A DNA stretch of 64,000 nt, from contig CP089278.1 in assembly GCA_023920165.1 (NCBI GenBank), positions 124,001 to 188,000 on the forward strand, read 5' to 3'. Positions 50,560-64,000 of this stretch are shown in pieces. Within the stretch, counting starts at the first letter, position 1; each line of letters starts with the position of its first letter. The stretch is from Curvularia clavata. Lineage: Eukaryota. Under the pieces are notes generated by a model. It saw only the letters and a program-made list of their open reading frames with translations. It was not told the DNA's origin and made no database searches. Made by a program: the position numbers and the translations under genes.

Positions 50560-52852
50560 AAGATTACGCAATTGGGCCATCTATCCAATCTGTGTAGATC
50601 CTATGAGCTCGTTCGTCACTTTACGAAGATACTATCTTGCGTATCGTGACGCCCGATTTCCGGAAGTACATACGATCCAACATTTTGAGAAGTGCTTTGG
50701 GCCTGCAGACAGTCATCAAGATATGGTTTGGTGACGTAAGAAATGTTTACTATCTATCGACGTTTTGGCGTTAGTGCTTTTCTCCGTTTTCTTTCTTCTA
50801 TTCTTGTTCGCAGATACCTATCCAGCGTAGCATGCCACTTACTTTCCCCAGATTGTTAATCTTAGAAAGAATACATATCGAGTCATGTCGTACGAAACAA
50901 CTGTTTGACCCATCGCGCTAACCGTAACCCTGCACCCCTGCCTGATTAGTCGCAGTATCTAGTTGCATATTAAAAATTCTGCAAAGGGTTTCTGTTGCAG
51001 AAGCAAAAGACATGCTATGCGATTGGTCGACAGTGACCCTTTTACAGTGGACATTAACGCAAGAGTCACTTGTTGACACCACTGCTACCATTTTCTCCAC
51101 CAACGGTCCAACCCAGCCCTACCGGAACAACCTGAGATAGGTGAGAAATAGTCTTCTCTCAGATTAGCAAAGCGAATTAGAGCAAGAGCGGGTTGCATGT
51201 ACACCTCCAACTCATTAACTGCAGCCCGGGCGTGACAATTCCGCGCATACCATGAAACAGGAGCTTTTGACTTCGTCCGTTTTTTTTTTCTCACTTCGTC
51301 TACGACTCTGCATCCACATACAGCTACTAGCAAACGCGTTGAAAATATTCATAACCAGGTTAGCTTTCTCCCGAGATTTCACCTTCCGAGACTCCACAGC
51401 ATTGCCGATTTTCGACGAAACCTTGTTTCAGTTGAGCTTATATCTAGCGCGGTTGGCCATGTGCTGTGGCGTACGCCTATCCTTTAGTTTCCTTGGTTCC
51501 CAGCCTTCTAGAGCACAACCACAGCCATTGCTCTGAGCGCCTGAACTCGCTTCTTTCTATCTAGTAGCTAAAGTAGGTCTGGTACAAGGTATATTCGCGA
51601 TTCTGAGACCTTTATTGGTCGCTTTTCTTTTGGTTCCGCTATGATACCAGCACTGCTCTTCATCTTTTCTGGGTGTACATTTACTGTTCAGCCCTAACGA
51701 CTTTTGTGGAATTTCGAGCGATAGGCTGCTTTTTCGCCGCCTCCGCAGCCGCTGATCACCCCAAGTGCGCGACTGGCCCCTTGACTAGGCCAACCTTATG
51801 CCGTCCTTGACTAACAACTCCTGTGCAGTACATGTCGGCTTAAGCTTTATGGGTTCACCCGCGTCATATATGTCAGCGCTGACCTATCCCACTAGTGGGA
51901 CTTTTATACTTTTGATAGTTGATCTGGCTAAACGAAGAAGCCTGTTCACTCTAGGGGTGTGCGGAAACGCCACGTGATGTACCCAGCAGTCTGGTCCAGC
52001 CAGTAATGTTTGTGAAATATTCCCCGTAGTCGGAGGCATGGCGACAATTCTTTATTTTTACAGTTTCCACGTCTTCCGAGGTAACTCGGCGTTATTGTTC
52101 TTCCCCTGAATATCTGAGGTATAAACCGCGTTTGATAGGTCACTTAAATAATACTAAAGAAACGATCATCATGATCTACAACGGTGCAAAATCGCTTGGA
52201 GGTTCGAGAAGCTAGGAAAGAAGTCATCAGTTTGCCTTCGGATAGCCTTTCTAGTTCAGAGAGGCGGTACGGGTAAAACATAGGGGCCAAACATGACATC
52301 ACATAGGAACCAAGCAGAATCGAAGTTGGGCAAGGTGGCTCTCATGCGGTCGTTACAGCAAGTTCATTAGCCACATGAGACTCCAATCAGGTCTATCCTA
52401 CATTCACGCCATGTTCATTCTTTCCAACAATCTTCGGCTTCCTCAAACCGAATCCTTGCAACAACTCACTCAACAAGGACCGGTCTAATATGCACATTAG
52501 CACAGTACAGCATCCGCGAGTAGACATCACATACACAGCATTTTCGCGTTTTCTGGCTAACTTCGGCTGCATTACAAACAATGTTGCAGTTTGTGTCTTT
52601 TTTGTGTATGCACAAAACATTTTGTAATTGAGTGCTCCACAGACTCAAGTCATATACTAAACAACTATGTCAACCCCCATAATTCATGTGCATTAATTGC
52701 GCTGCGCAATACAAAGTGAGCTGTCAGCGGCGGTCAACATTTCTCAAGATATTCAGCATCGTGTCAGATTTTAGGCAAGCCAATAATGATATGCTATTCT
52801 TGACGGCGACTTGGCATTTATTGTCCCCACGCATGGTGACGAAGGGAATTAA

Positions 52853-55800
52853 CTACTTTGTAATAACGATCTTCTCACCCCAAGTGATATTGACATCTCC
52901 TACCAGCCCATACTCCGTGAAGGGCATTGAAGCGTACAAAGGTTGCAGCTGACCAGCTGTCTGGCCTACAACCCAAGTTGAGTTTGCTTCTGCCTTGATG
53001 CGGTTGAATAAAGGTGTCGTAACATCAATGCGCAATTGATATGTTTTGCCCGATACCAATCCGTCGAGTTGTACTACAGGCTTAACCGGGTCTACGGGCG
53101 GCTGTAGCTTTCCATCAATGTACACACGCGCTGTATGCTGAATAATTGGTAACTTCAGAATACCGAATAGGCTATTCTTTGAGTTTGGCGGTGTAGTCGG
53201 TACTGTGAACTTTGTTGTGTAGTGTCCTACGCCCGATACCTTTTCAAGCGAAGAACCGTCGATTGGCGAAACTAGTCGGTTCCAAGGTACAAGCGTAGTA
53301 TTGGTGAAAGTATGATTGGTGATCTCTGTTTGAACGGCAAGCCGATTGCTTGCCGAGTGCCAGTCTTCGACCGTGAGATCCCAATTCTTGAGGTTCTGGG
53401 TGCCGTTCAGCCTCGGCTGGAGGCGATAAACCTCTCCAGTACTGGATGTTATCACAGTAGGACCTGTGACGAGAGCAAGAATTGAGTTTTTGGATGCTTC
53501 TAGAGACACCAATGAGTCGGAAGAGGAAGTGTAGCTGCGCTGAGATCCGGGCTCGCCGCGGTGAAGAGCAATGATAGCAGTCTCGTTGGAGTTGAGTTCA
53601 GCCGAGAAGCTGAAGGTAGATTTGTTTACAGAATATCGAAGCAGCGGTTTTTGAACTCCAGTCCACGCATTGTATGAGTAAGGTGTTACTCTAGATGCAC
53701 CGACAGTGGCGTTACATTTTGCGGAGCCTGGTTGGTCGTTGAAGAGATAGATGTAGTCAATGTCCTTCGTCGAGCGGTAGACCGAGAGAACTGAGCTTGT
53801 AGAGCACTGCAAAGAGACCCGGGGCTTAATTCCAATCTTAGAAAGTAACCCTGGTAGATCTTCGGTCCTCTCAATCTGATAAACACCTTTGGTGGCAAGA
53901 AGTTTTGAGATTGCTGAGGTCAGTGTTTTTTGGCTTGAAGAGAGAACTGGATACGTCTGGCTTGGCAAGGGTCCAATGAAGATAACTGGCAGACCCTGGG
54001 CTGCCTTTTCTGTTACAGCATCTATTGCTTCGATGGTAACCACAGTCTGTTGGTTGAAGATCAGTGCTTTGTACTCTGGGACACCGAGCGTACTCTCTTT
54101 CACGAATGCGTCCTTGGACACAAGATTGTCCGGACCAAGATAGTCATATGTGAAGCCTATCATTGTTAGTTATGTAATTAACCACATGGAATTTACGTAC
54201 CAAAGCTTTCTAGGTTGGTGGAGTTATACTGGGTCGTTGGTAACCATGGTGAAGCGAACAGATAGAACGCAAGGTCGACAGTTGGGTCGCCTTGTTGCAA
54301 GACCCATTGATTCCTCCCAACATAATCCAACACATCCTTCATGTGTTGCCATGCAGGCTGTATCTTGTTCCACATGTCCGTGAATTGGTAAAAGAATGTA
54401 GTGTATCCTGGCCAAGTTGTGTTCTGATAAGGGCCAGAGAAAGAATACCCATGAAGCACGTGCATCGTGAAGCCTCCTGCGAGAGATCTCTTCACTTGTT
54501 GCAGAAGATCAGGAACTTGAAGGCTATAGGCTGGAACCCTCACAGCACCAAGCTCTGATGAGATCACCTTTTTATTCGCTAGATGTGCCGCTCCTGCAAA
54601 CTGGCGGTATGCGTCTGTCAGTTGGGAAAATCCCAAGGACTCCCCTTCTGGCGCATCGAGCAATGGGATGTCACTCAACTAGAATCCAAATCAGCGGGGC
54701 CTTTTGAATTGGATGACAGTGGCACTTACCATTTGCAGTGGCAAGTTATATGCTGGCTGTGTTGAGTACTTTGCACCAATCGAATGCGCCCACTTTTCGA
54801 AGTGTGATAGATAATCCCGGTATCCATCATTCAATATATCGCGATAGTCGAGTTGGAAGGCGCTTTTGTCTCCAATGGAGTCATTACTAAAACCATAGAC
54901 CTCGTCATATATTGGGAGCAGCTGTCCCCAAGTGTTGGAAGGAGTGAACAGTAACGGGAGATAGGGTTTCAATTCGTAGCCATGTGTGCTCTTGAAACGA
55001 TGGAGTAGTCCAGGTGACCAATAAAGAGATGCGAGCATCTCCATACTATCCTCCCATGCTAGATGAAATCGGAAGTCAGTGTTTGATTAACTCATCACTA
55101 GGAAGGGTATCGCACCGTATCCGCTCACTGTTTTTAGAAGCCTTGCCACGGTTTCGTCCGACATGATGTACTCGTTCCAGAAATCTGTAACTTTCGTCGC
55201 ACCCGTCGCACTGAAATGATCCACGATCCACGATCCGTTTCCAATCCAAGTTGTCGCATTTGGTCCACCGTCGCACGATCTTTGGTTCGTGTAAGATTCC
55301 CAGAAAGTGAGTATCTTCCAAGTTTTGGTCCGGTCAGGTGGAGTCCACTGCAAAGACAACCCATCTTTCACAAGAGGCGTCAGGTCAATGTATGAGCTCT
55401 GGTTGAGAACGACGGGCTTTGATCCTGTTCTCATATCAGGTGCGCCCACAGATAAAACTTGATAAGCAATCACAGCTGTGAGATTAGATGTCCCGAATTG
55501 CTCGAGAGCATGCATAAAGCCGAGACCTTCTCGTATGATTTCTGGAAGCTGGCGAGCCTCAGGCACAGGTCCCGAGAAGCTGCTATTTGGCATTATAGTC
55601 GTGTTTCCCAACAGCAATTGGACTGCTAGTCCTGGGGAGCCGACTTCAGCTGGGACACCTTGCCCTTGGTTGGCACCCAACGCAAAGTCCATAATGAGCT
55701 TGTTCTTTTCAGCTGCTTCTAGAGCATCGCCAAATAACGAGACAAATGAAGGGGTTCCGAAGCCATATTTAGTCCAGTCTGGCAGACCAGGAGCATTTCC

Positions 55801-56085
55801 CATGCCGTATAGGTAAAATGGTAGGAACTCTAGACCACCGGCTCCAGCGACTTTCGCCTCTTGGAAGTCATCGGCAACGATTGCAGGAGATACGCTGGCA
55901 TCTGGTAACCTTCTCGTTGTGAGACAATAACATGATCATTTTGGCTTATCAACTTACCAATATCGGAACTTCGGACGATACTCGGGTGCTGGATTTTCGA
56001 AATCGTTGCTCAAAGTTGATGCAGGACGGGCAATGCTCAGTGCAAGTAAGCTTGCAAGCAATGTGGGAGATGTTCCCAGCACCAT
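52853..56085 (-). CDS. Secreted glycoside hydrolase, GH106 (alpha-L-rhamnosidase-like)
   Basis: Signal peptide, FENPAPEYRPKFRYW|LPDASV, GAGGLEF, VDHFS, AWEDSME, PEGESLGF, ISSELGA; four introns. The family call is by recall. Confidence 0.75.
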
Positions 56086-56417
56086 TTCCTAGGACGAATG
56101 GGAGAGAGTACAAAGATCTTGTAGACATCTTTTACCTCCTGAACATCTATGTACTTAAATAAGAATTCTACATGACTGGTGCTTGGACGGCTCATAATTA
56201 CCAATGACCATTAAAAATCTGGAAACCTGGGGTAAATGGGGCCTCCGCAAGCACTAGTGACCCATTAAGAGCCCACTAACGTCATTGGACAAGGCTGGTC
56301 CGGAGTCGAGAAGTATTCGCCAATGGGGATTCCGAGCTTTATGGGAGGAGCGGTACATACCATGTGTAGTTTGAGGGGCATCTGGGGTCACTAGTGGACT
56401 GTGGGGTAAAAGAGACG

Positions 56418-56459
56418 AATACGCATACGCACAATACGCATACGCACAATACGCATACG
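56418..56459. repeat. Short tandem repeat (AATACGCATACGCAC) x ~2.8
   Basis: Read directly from sequence. Confidence 0.85.
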
Positions 56460-57236
56460 GCGTGACAGACCACGATTTTCGGTATCTTTTCTCGCGAAAC
56501 CCCGAGCCTCGGACAACTCTTCCTTGCGGTAAACAATGGCAGCGTCCTAGTCTGCTAGTCCGGGGAATCTAAATAAAACCATGCCCAAGTGTTGGCCAAC
56601 ACGCAGAGCGCACACGGACTCAGCTTTCATTACTTTTAGCTTTTAGAGGCAATCAAAGTTGTATGGCTGTTTCTAGATCAATGCGCGTCTAAGATGTCGT
56701 ATCTTGATATTCTGCCGAGTTCCAGTTCCTCGGAACATACATGCAGCTAGGTGATTTGCGAGGTATGCAGAAATGCATAGGAGACTCGGGTATAAGACTT
56801 GAACAAAGTCATTAATCGTTCAGCAAATCCCAGAAAGAAGGATCGCTTGAGAAATAGATTAGTCAAAAGAAAGCCCCATCTCTGTGACAGAAGACAGAAG
56901 GTAATTTTCTGGCTCGCTTTCTTTTCTTGAAGCAGACTAATTCTGACTTAGAACGGCGGCGGCGGCGTCTATTGTGCTTGTCTTGGTGTTTTGCATGCAC
57001 AACAATCAAACAATCCTGTAGCTAGTACTCTCGTCTGACTGCAAGTCCCACCCACTCACCTGTAACGTATGCACTGGTACCAGTACGCACAAAAAAGGGA
57101 GCAACCTCAATTTCTACAGCGGAGATAGCTTAACTCCGTGTTACGTCACCGATGGACGAACGAACAACTTCCAGACCGCATTGCATCGCTTCCTGCATTA
57201 TCTTCTACCTTCGAGAGACTCCGCTAGCCCTAGAAA

Positions 57237-58131
57237 ATGTCAGTCTTTCGTCCTTCAGCCCACGCACTCATTACAGGCGGCGCCTCCGGCGTCGGCTACG
57301 CAGTTGCCCAACTTTGCCTTAAGCACTCCATGCGCGTTACCATCACCGACAACAACCAAGAGACACTCGATCTCGCTGCTAAGAACCTATCGGGCTCTGT
57401 TACCTGCCTGAAAGCTGATGTGAGTTCTCGCTCAGACTGGGAGACTGTCCAGCGCAAGGTCGGTTCCGATGTGGATTTCCTGATGCTGAACGCGGGGATT
57501 GGCGGAAAAGGAACATGGGGCGATGCCGACTACTTTGACAAGATTCTCGGAGTAAATTTGGGGGGCGTGATCAATGGGTTGAATACGTTTGTGCCGTTGC
57601 TCCAGGCGAAAGAGTCCAAGGAAGCAAGGGCTATTGTCATCACGGGGAGTAAGCAGGGTATTACGAACCCACCTGGCAATGCGGCGTACAATGCTAGCAA
57701 AGCCGCTGTGAAGACGCTTGCCGAGCACTTGAGTTATGATCTCAAAGACACGAATATCGGGGTTCATTTATTGGTTCCCGGTTGGACTTTCACTGGTTTG
57801 GTAAGTTCTCCAGCCCTATTAAATCAACAAGATTGTTCTTCTTTTGGTACGTATGCTTACAGCTCCACAGTCTGGAAACGTGCCAGGTACCGAAAAGCCA
57901 AAGCCTGAAGGAGCTTGGTCGGCAGCCCAGGTGGCTGATTACATGTATTCCAAAATGAAGGACGGCAAGTTCTACATCATCTGTCCCGATGACCAGGTAA
58001 CCGAGGAGACGGATAAGAAGCGCATGTTGTGGAGTGTCGGCGATGTCATCAACGGACGACCACCGTTAACCAGATGGCGTCCAGAATATAAAGAGGAAGC
58101 GGAAAAGTGGATGGCGCAACAGCAAGTCTAA
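57237..58131 (+). CDS. Short-chain dehydrogenase/reductase
   Basis: TGGASGVG, LNAG, TGSKQG, YNASK; intron 57801-57870. Confidence 0.93.
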
Positions 58132-58295
58132 GAGAATATACTGGCCGCTCGAGATGTGGGACGACACAACTGCGTACTACGAAAAACTGCCAAAAAGAAA
58201 CAATTTCTAAATTAATATTATGTGTGTTATATACTGGGTATCTACAGGCCAAACTCCTCGCTTTTTACACTGACGAACCTTTTCAATGTTTACTA

Positions 58296-61200
58296 TTATA
58301 GTTTCGCATCGCCTGTAGCAAGCGTATCTAGATGTTCTTGCGCAGTCTCAAACCTTTCAACAGGCGGGCGCTCAATCTTCTTCTCCACACCAGACTCACG
58401 CTCCTCAACTCCACTGCTGAAAAGCCCAGCGCCTTTCCCGTCAAGGGAAACCCGGTCAATGCCTGAGCGCTGCTCGTTCATTATCTGATCATTCACGGTC
58501 TCAGAAATTGACGCCGAATGTCCAAGTTGTTTCTCATGCTCATTCGCATCGGTAGCTGGGGGTGTAGTGATGTTGACACTGGCAAGTGTAACTGTGCTAG
58601 CGTTCACGTCCCTGCCCTCTGCCCCATCAATTCTGAGGCGGAATGGGTAGGCAATGCCACCTGCTGTGGGCCGAGTGGTCAATGTATCAGTATTGGGAAT
58701 GATTGTGCTGGGTAGTGCAGGATTGGCTGACGCAATCACGTTTGGTTGCGGTTCAACGCTCTCTTCTTCGACGAATACCGGTGGCAAGCCTGAGGTGGCT
58801 CGTTCAGGCGCTAGCCTAGTAGCGTCGGCCAGGCCAGGTTTTGGTAGCTCCATCTTAGACAAATCATCCATCAGCACCTCAGTTTGACCTTGGTCAGTGA
58901 CATTGGAATGGTGAGAGCGTGCTCTTGGGCGTGTAGATTTGGGTTTGCCTAGACTGGTTGTGCGGCCTCGTTTGGATTTGCTTTCTGCGGCGCCATCTGT
59001 GTTTGGAGACTGATGGTCCGGTACAGAGGTGGGTGGCTCGGCAGCAGTCTGGTCTGCTTTCTCTTCTCGCACAATCTGCTTCGGTTAGCCAAATGCAGCG
59101 AGTATCTGGTATGATAAGCGTTTCTAACTTACAGTGGCTTGGTCGTGCGAGCTACCCCAGAAAGACCACATAGACATACCCCAACTCTTTTTCTTGGCCT
59201 TTTCGGCCTTCATGCCTTTCACCCTTCTTCCTGCCAAAGCTGTCAGAGGTGGTGTTTCTCCATCAAAGCCCTCAAATCCTTTCCGCATGTCCTCAATTCT
59301 TTGCTTTTGGATCTTGACCTTTTGCTTTGCAAATTTTGTATTCCATTGCGACTGCGCCTTCATCCACTTGCTCACAGGACCCTTTTTTGGCACTCCAACA
59401 TCAATGCTTGGTACATTGAGAGCCGGGAGGTCTTCTTTGGCGGAAAGTTGATAGATTCGCCCGTGGCGATCTATGCGTTGACGGATCATGTGGTTCTCGA
59501 AAGGTGGAATCGGATCACCAGCCCTGCCAACGCGGCCATTTGCTTGCTCTTTGTTTTCAGATGCCGAGCCATTCTGGGATGAGGGATGCTCGGTGGACTT
59601 CTCGGGAGCTTTTGAGCCCGTTCTCCCTTGTTCCGAAGAAGAGTTCGAGTCTGTACTCACAAAGGAAACGTCATCGTCATCGAGTATGTCGATTGACTTC
59701 TTCTGAGCCCGCGCAAGTGCCCACGCGCCAAACTGGGCGATGCTGCGATACATGTGCTTGGCTGGTCGTGTAAAGCTCAGCGTAGGGCATACATGGCATA
59801 AGTCATCCCAGACTTGCAGCTGGACATTGGTCGGCTTGTAGTTGGCTACTTGAGCTTCAATTTCTTCAGCAGTTTGGTTGTTGGACGGGGGTGGTATGTA
59901 TGCAAGTGGCTGCGCAGCTTTGTGGGCAAGATAAATCTGCTCGTCTCTGAGCAGTTCACCACCACCCGTTTGGATCAGTAAAGGAGGCAAACCCCCGAGA
60001 GTTGGCTGCAGTACTGGTGAGACCAGTGGGTGAGTGAGCATGTGGTTAGGAGTGTACATCTGAATTTGATCCTTGATCTCGACGCGTTCATCTTCAAGTT
60101 GCACCGAGAGCTGGCTTTTTGGCCCTATACTGTATTTGCCGCTAGGTGAGACCCACACGTTAATGTCCTGGCCTGTGCCGGAAGGCTGCGAGCCATTATC
60201 CAGCACAGGGCGATCCGTGGAGTGGACGGAGAACCCGCGTACGCGTTCTGATTTCTGTTCCTTGGTTTCTTGTTCAGGTTTTGCTTTGTCCGACCCGCCA
60301 CTTTTTCCAGATGCTCCTTTTGCCGAGTTCTCGATTTCGACCATGTCGTCTGCATTTGGTGGTGCTGAAATAAAGTTAGCCACTGGATATGCATGCTTGA
60401 TGAAGGTGACTTACGCCAACTGATACTAGGTTTGTGCAGAAAACCATGTGATGGGATGTAGTCCATCTCGCCATTACCACCTAGGCTTGGGAAGCTGTGT
60501 GTCAAATCGACCCAGGGGCTGATCAGAATGGCTCCCGCGGGTAGAGGTATGCCCTGGTCACGGAGTGTGACCAACATGCTCAAGACCATGCCTCCACCTG
60601 CGGAGTCGCCGGCAAGAATTATGGTGGTCGGGTCATGCTTTTCCTCTAGAAGATACAGGTATGTGGCCAGGCCTATAGCTATTAGCATAACGCACGAGCA
60701 AATAAACAAGCGTTGGTTACCCACAGTCGTGCAGACCACAGGGAAATGGAAATTGTGGAGCAAGTCTGTATTTGGGAGCCAGAACCCTGGCCTTGAGCTT
60801 GCGTGCATGCCTCTGCATTTGATAGCGGTGCTCGTCTACGCTGCCAAAGAAGTAAGCGCCACCGTGCACATACAGCATGATGCGGTCGCCTTTAACAATC
60901 GCCAGCTGCTTCCTCGCCTCGTAATCCTTTCGCATCTCGATCCATTCTGCCTTGAGTGGAGTTCCCTCACGCCGCCACTGCCACCACGAGTTACCTCCTA
61001 CGGCCTTGATGCCCTTGGGACCTAACTGAGCATTGACGAGCTGAGCTGAGCGCTGCAGAAGATTGTCTGGAATTTCCACCACATTGACATGTACCCAGCG
61101 CGGGACCGGGACCCACTGTGATGTGAATGCTTGTAATTCATCGACCGTGTGAAGGGAGGCGTAGTGGAGGAAGCGACGAATGAGCTCGAGGCCCTCGTGG

Positions 61201-61319
61201 TAGGATATGTGCGCAGTCGGTTTCTGGGCAAGGGGACGTCGATTGAGGTAGTGCGAGAGATACGTCTGGATGACGGTGGGCGTTACAGCAGCGCCGACAG
61301 ATATCGTATTGACAGGCAT
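58296..61319 (-). CDS. Alpha/beta hydrolase (HSL-like lipase/esterase) with long low-complexity C-terminus
   Basis: YVHGGAY, YRLAPQFPFP, AGDSAGG, ISPWVDLT, GLPPLLIQ; three introns. Confidence 0.9.
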
Positions 61320-62341
61320 GGCGGGTCCCGTTCAGGGGTGGAGCTGTGAGGATAGCCGCGGGACACCCCAGTCAGACGGTATGAAGAGGGTGGTGAGCCG
61401 CAAGTCCGGATCCAAAAGCAATTCACAGCGCGTAGTGAAGAAAGCAAAAACGAGCGATTGGCAAAGCAACAGGAGCGTTGTCGCGTGAATATTAGGGGTT
61501 AATTAGGGAGCACGGAGGCTAGAAGCCAGTGGAGACGAACCCCCCGGATTTGCATTGCTTGTGCTTGGAGGAGCTGGAGCCGGGTCCACCCGATGATGTC
61601 ATCGAGACCCTTTGCCCTGCCAAGCTTCCTCTCCTACGACTAGTAAATCTGGGCTGTCAACACCGTAAAAGACATTATGACAACTGCCGTTACTTTTTAG
61701 AGTAGAGTCATGAGTGCTAAAGATATAGTAGATGAGAAGTAGCTGTGACGACTACAACTACCTTAAAAAGTGGTGATTTTGTAGGGTGCTATTTTCAGGT
61801 TTCACAATCGTAGAGAGGCTTCCTCTCAAAACACACAGAGCCAGCTCTGGTTCTGTTATTTCTTCGTTATTGGAGGAGTATTGCACGATGCATATCTCTA
61901 GGATATATCGCTGGGTTCGTCAAATATTTTGTAATCGCATTTCTTCGTGCACACATGGAGGTTGATAAGACTAGGTACAATTGTATCTCTTTCGGCAAAA
62001 CACTCAGCAGAATGACACAGCCATAACAAACAAGTCCTAATCTCTTATGCGCGCCTTTTCGGCCCTAATATTCAACCCACGTCTTCAGAAGTTGTCCAAT
62101 TAGCTCACAATGTCGCGTATGTACACACCATTGTGACCTAATTGGTGCTCACTTATCGATCGCTCAAAGTGGCGCCGAGCTGAAGAACTGGCGTGGGGCT
62201 GTGTTAGGCAACGAGCTGAGCTGAAGTTTGTCGCATAACTCCAAACCCCATATAGACTACTTGTATCCACATTTCCCTAGTCCATCTCTTACTTTCAATA
62301 GGACACAGCGAAGTGAATAATCAAATATCAAACATTCAATC

Positions 62342-64000
62342 ATGGAAGGCTCACGCCCCAAGATCGTGTATGGCGAAGAGGCTAAAAGTTATGTCACAGA
62401 AGTCCTTGACAACTGCGTCTGGCGCAGAGCGACTGTTGTCGATGGAAAGACATACTGGGCGACGGATGAAACCGGTGGAATCGGCGAGCAAATCCAGGAT
62501 GGAAAGTTCAAGGTCCGGCACATGGGGGGTTATCTTCTTCTAGCTCCGATAGATGAAGACGACTCTGATGATCCGGAAGCACGAGCTAAAGCAATCCAAA
62601 AGTACGTTGACGCTCTTCAGGCTACACATCGCTAATCCGTCTAGAGAAAATGACGCTCGCGTCACTGCCTTCGTCAAAAGCGTGGCAGAACGCCTTATCA
62701 AATTCCATCGGGGTCGTAAAGAACCAGAAGATCAACAGGAAGGAGCTTTCAGAATGTTCACAGAAAAGACAGCGAGCGATATCATCGACAAGATCACACA
62801 AGCTTTCGTCGAGATTCTGTCAGAATATGGTCGCGAAGTAACCGCTCAGGATGTCCAAAACATGCTCGATGAAGATGCCATTGCAACTGTCCTTTTCGTC
62901 AAGCTCACAGACTTCCTCCCTGACCTTCTGGTGGACAGGGTCCTTGTCACAGATGTTCATGGCTATCTGGACGACGACTTCGACAATCCCGGCCCTGAAT
63001 TGAGGCCTGACAGTCAAATGATCTCGAGTGGCCTTCTCAGCTTCCAAAACAAGGACTTTGAAGGCCTAAGGCAGCGAGTATTGAGAACAAATGTTGAGTC
63101 ACTCCTGCGGCCTCTGAACAGAATGGATGTCAAAGAGAACGATGATGGCTATGAGTCTGATAGTTCGAGGGTATCACAAGAACACTGCCGGATGTCTCCG
63201 TATTATCCTCCTTGTGACGACGATTGCTGGCTGCGACACATACCACTGCAGGGCGAACGAGCCGCTGAAACCAATGCTGCTACGATTGTGACGAAATCGG
63301 TACCTCCAATCTATCAGAGTCTTGAACCAGATTATATCCGTATTCTTACTATCCAGCCAGGGTTGCGCGATACGACCCTCTCATGTGAGCTTACGGCTTG
63401 CTCCATATCAAGTCTGGCCGGAGATGCATCAGGGGTAACAAGTATCCCTTTCAAAGCACTGTCTTACACGTGGGGAGACCCAACACCATGCCACATTATC
63501 AAGTGCAATGGATATGATCTTCCAATTGCCAATAACTTGTATTATGCACTCCAGTATCTTCGAGAGACAGACCGCCCTGTAGCATTCTGGATAGACGCTA
63601 TTTGCATAAACCAGTACGATGTTGCGGAAAAGAGCGAGCAGATTCGTCATATGTACGAAGTATACCAATTTGCCACTCAGGTTGTAGTATGGCTCGGACC
63701 CCATTACGACAACTCTGAGCTAGCCATGCAGAGCATCAATCACTTGGAGAATGCTGACAATCGACACTCAATACTACGACGAGATCATGGAGCGGTTTGC
63801 ATCTCGAATCTCGAGCGGGTGGTGATTTTTCTGGAAAGCTTGTTTCAACGCCAGTGGTTCTCGCGTAGCTGGATAAGGCAAGAGATTGCAGCTGCCCGGA
63901 AAGTCATAGTTAAGTGTGGGAATGATGAGATTCCTTGGAGTTCCCTGAAAAAAATTGCCAATTGCATGTGGAGGTTGCAGGAGAAGATTGTGTCAAGCGG
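62342..64000 (+). CDS. Heterokaryon incompatibility (HET domain) protein, 3'-truncated by window
   Basis: Exon 62342-62601, intron 62602-62644 (GTACGT..GCTAAT..CTAG), then open frame to 64000 with IRILTIQPG, ALSYTWG, WIDAICINQ, VVVWLG, WFSRSWIRQE. Confidence 0.88.

Noticed and set aside
51580..51930. CTGAGA, ATACCAGC and TGATCTGG pieces suggestive of a TPP riboswitch; CCCTAAC suggestive of a telomerase RNA template
   Set aside because: Riboswitch elements are in the wrong order with no thiamine gene nearby; the template match is too short and no pseudoknot partner was found.
61490..61510. Two TTAGGG hexamers
   Set aside because: Not a tandem telomeric array; at most promoter elements.
1..64000. 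tRNA, rRNA, transposons, RIP-degraded repeats, CRISPR
   Set aside because: No cloverleaf, rRNA-like sequence, transposase/RT motifs, terminal repeats, AT-rich blocks or repeat-spacer arrays were seen by eye; a tRNAscan/Rfam run would be needed to exclude small RNAs.

Overview
Gene-dense, intron-containing eukaryotic DNA from a filamentous ascomycete (Pezizomycotina; class not determinable from sequence alone). About 28 protein-coding genes could be reconstructed by joining ORF fragments across spliceosomal introns. No rRNA, tRNA, CRISPR array or intact transposon was seen. The most notable items are: (1) a four-gene module at 9.2-19.0 kb (aldo-keto reductase, Zn2Cys6 regulator, DAL5/TNA1-type acid transporter, and an NRPS-like A-T-R carboxylic acid reductase with an in-frame C-terminal gluconokinase-like domain), whose two divergent promoters share a CGGATAT motif; (2) a spliced gene at 26.8-28.6 kb joining a STAND-type N-terminal domain, a ubiquitin-like domain and a Cys4 knuckle to a Sin3 PAH2-like domain and an NLS; (3) a CYP540-like P450, cytochrome b5/b5-reductase fusion and 3-hydroxyacyl-CoA dehydrogenase trio with CCTCGG sites; (4) a carboxylesterase broken by a single TAG where a conserved Trp is expected; (5) a HET-domain gene with a ~308 aa unrecognised N-terminal region, absent from the ORF track. 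Domain calls come from motif recognition by eye, not database searches.
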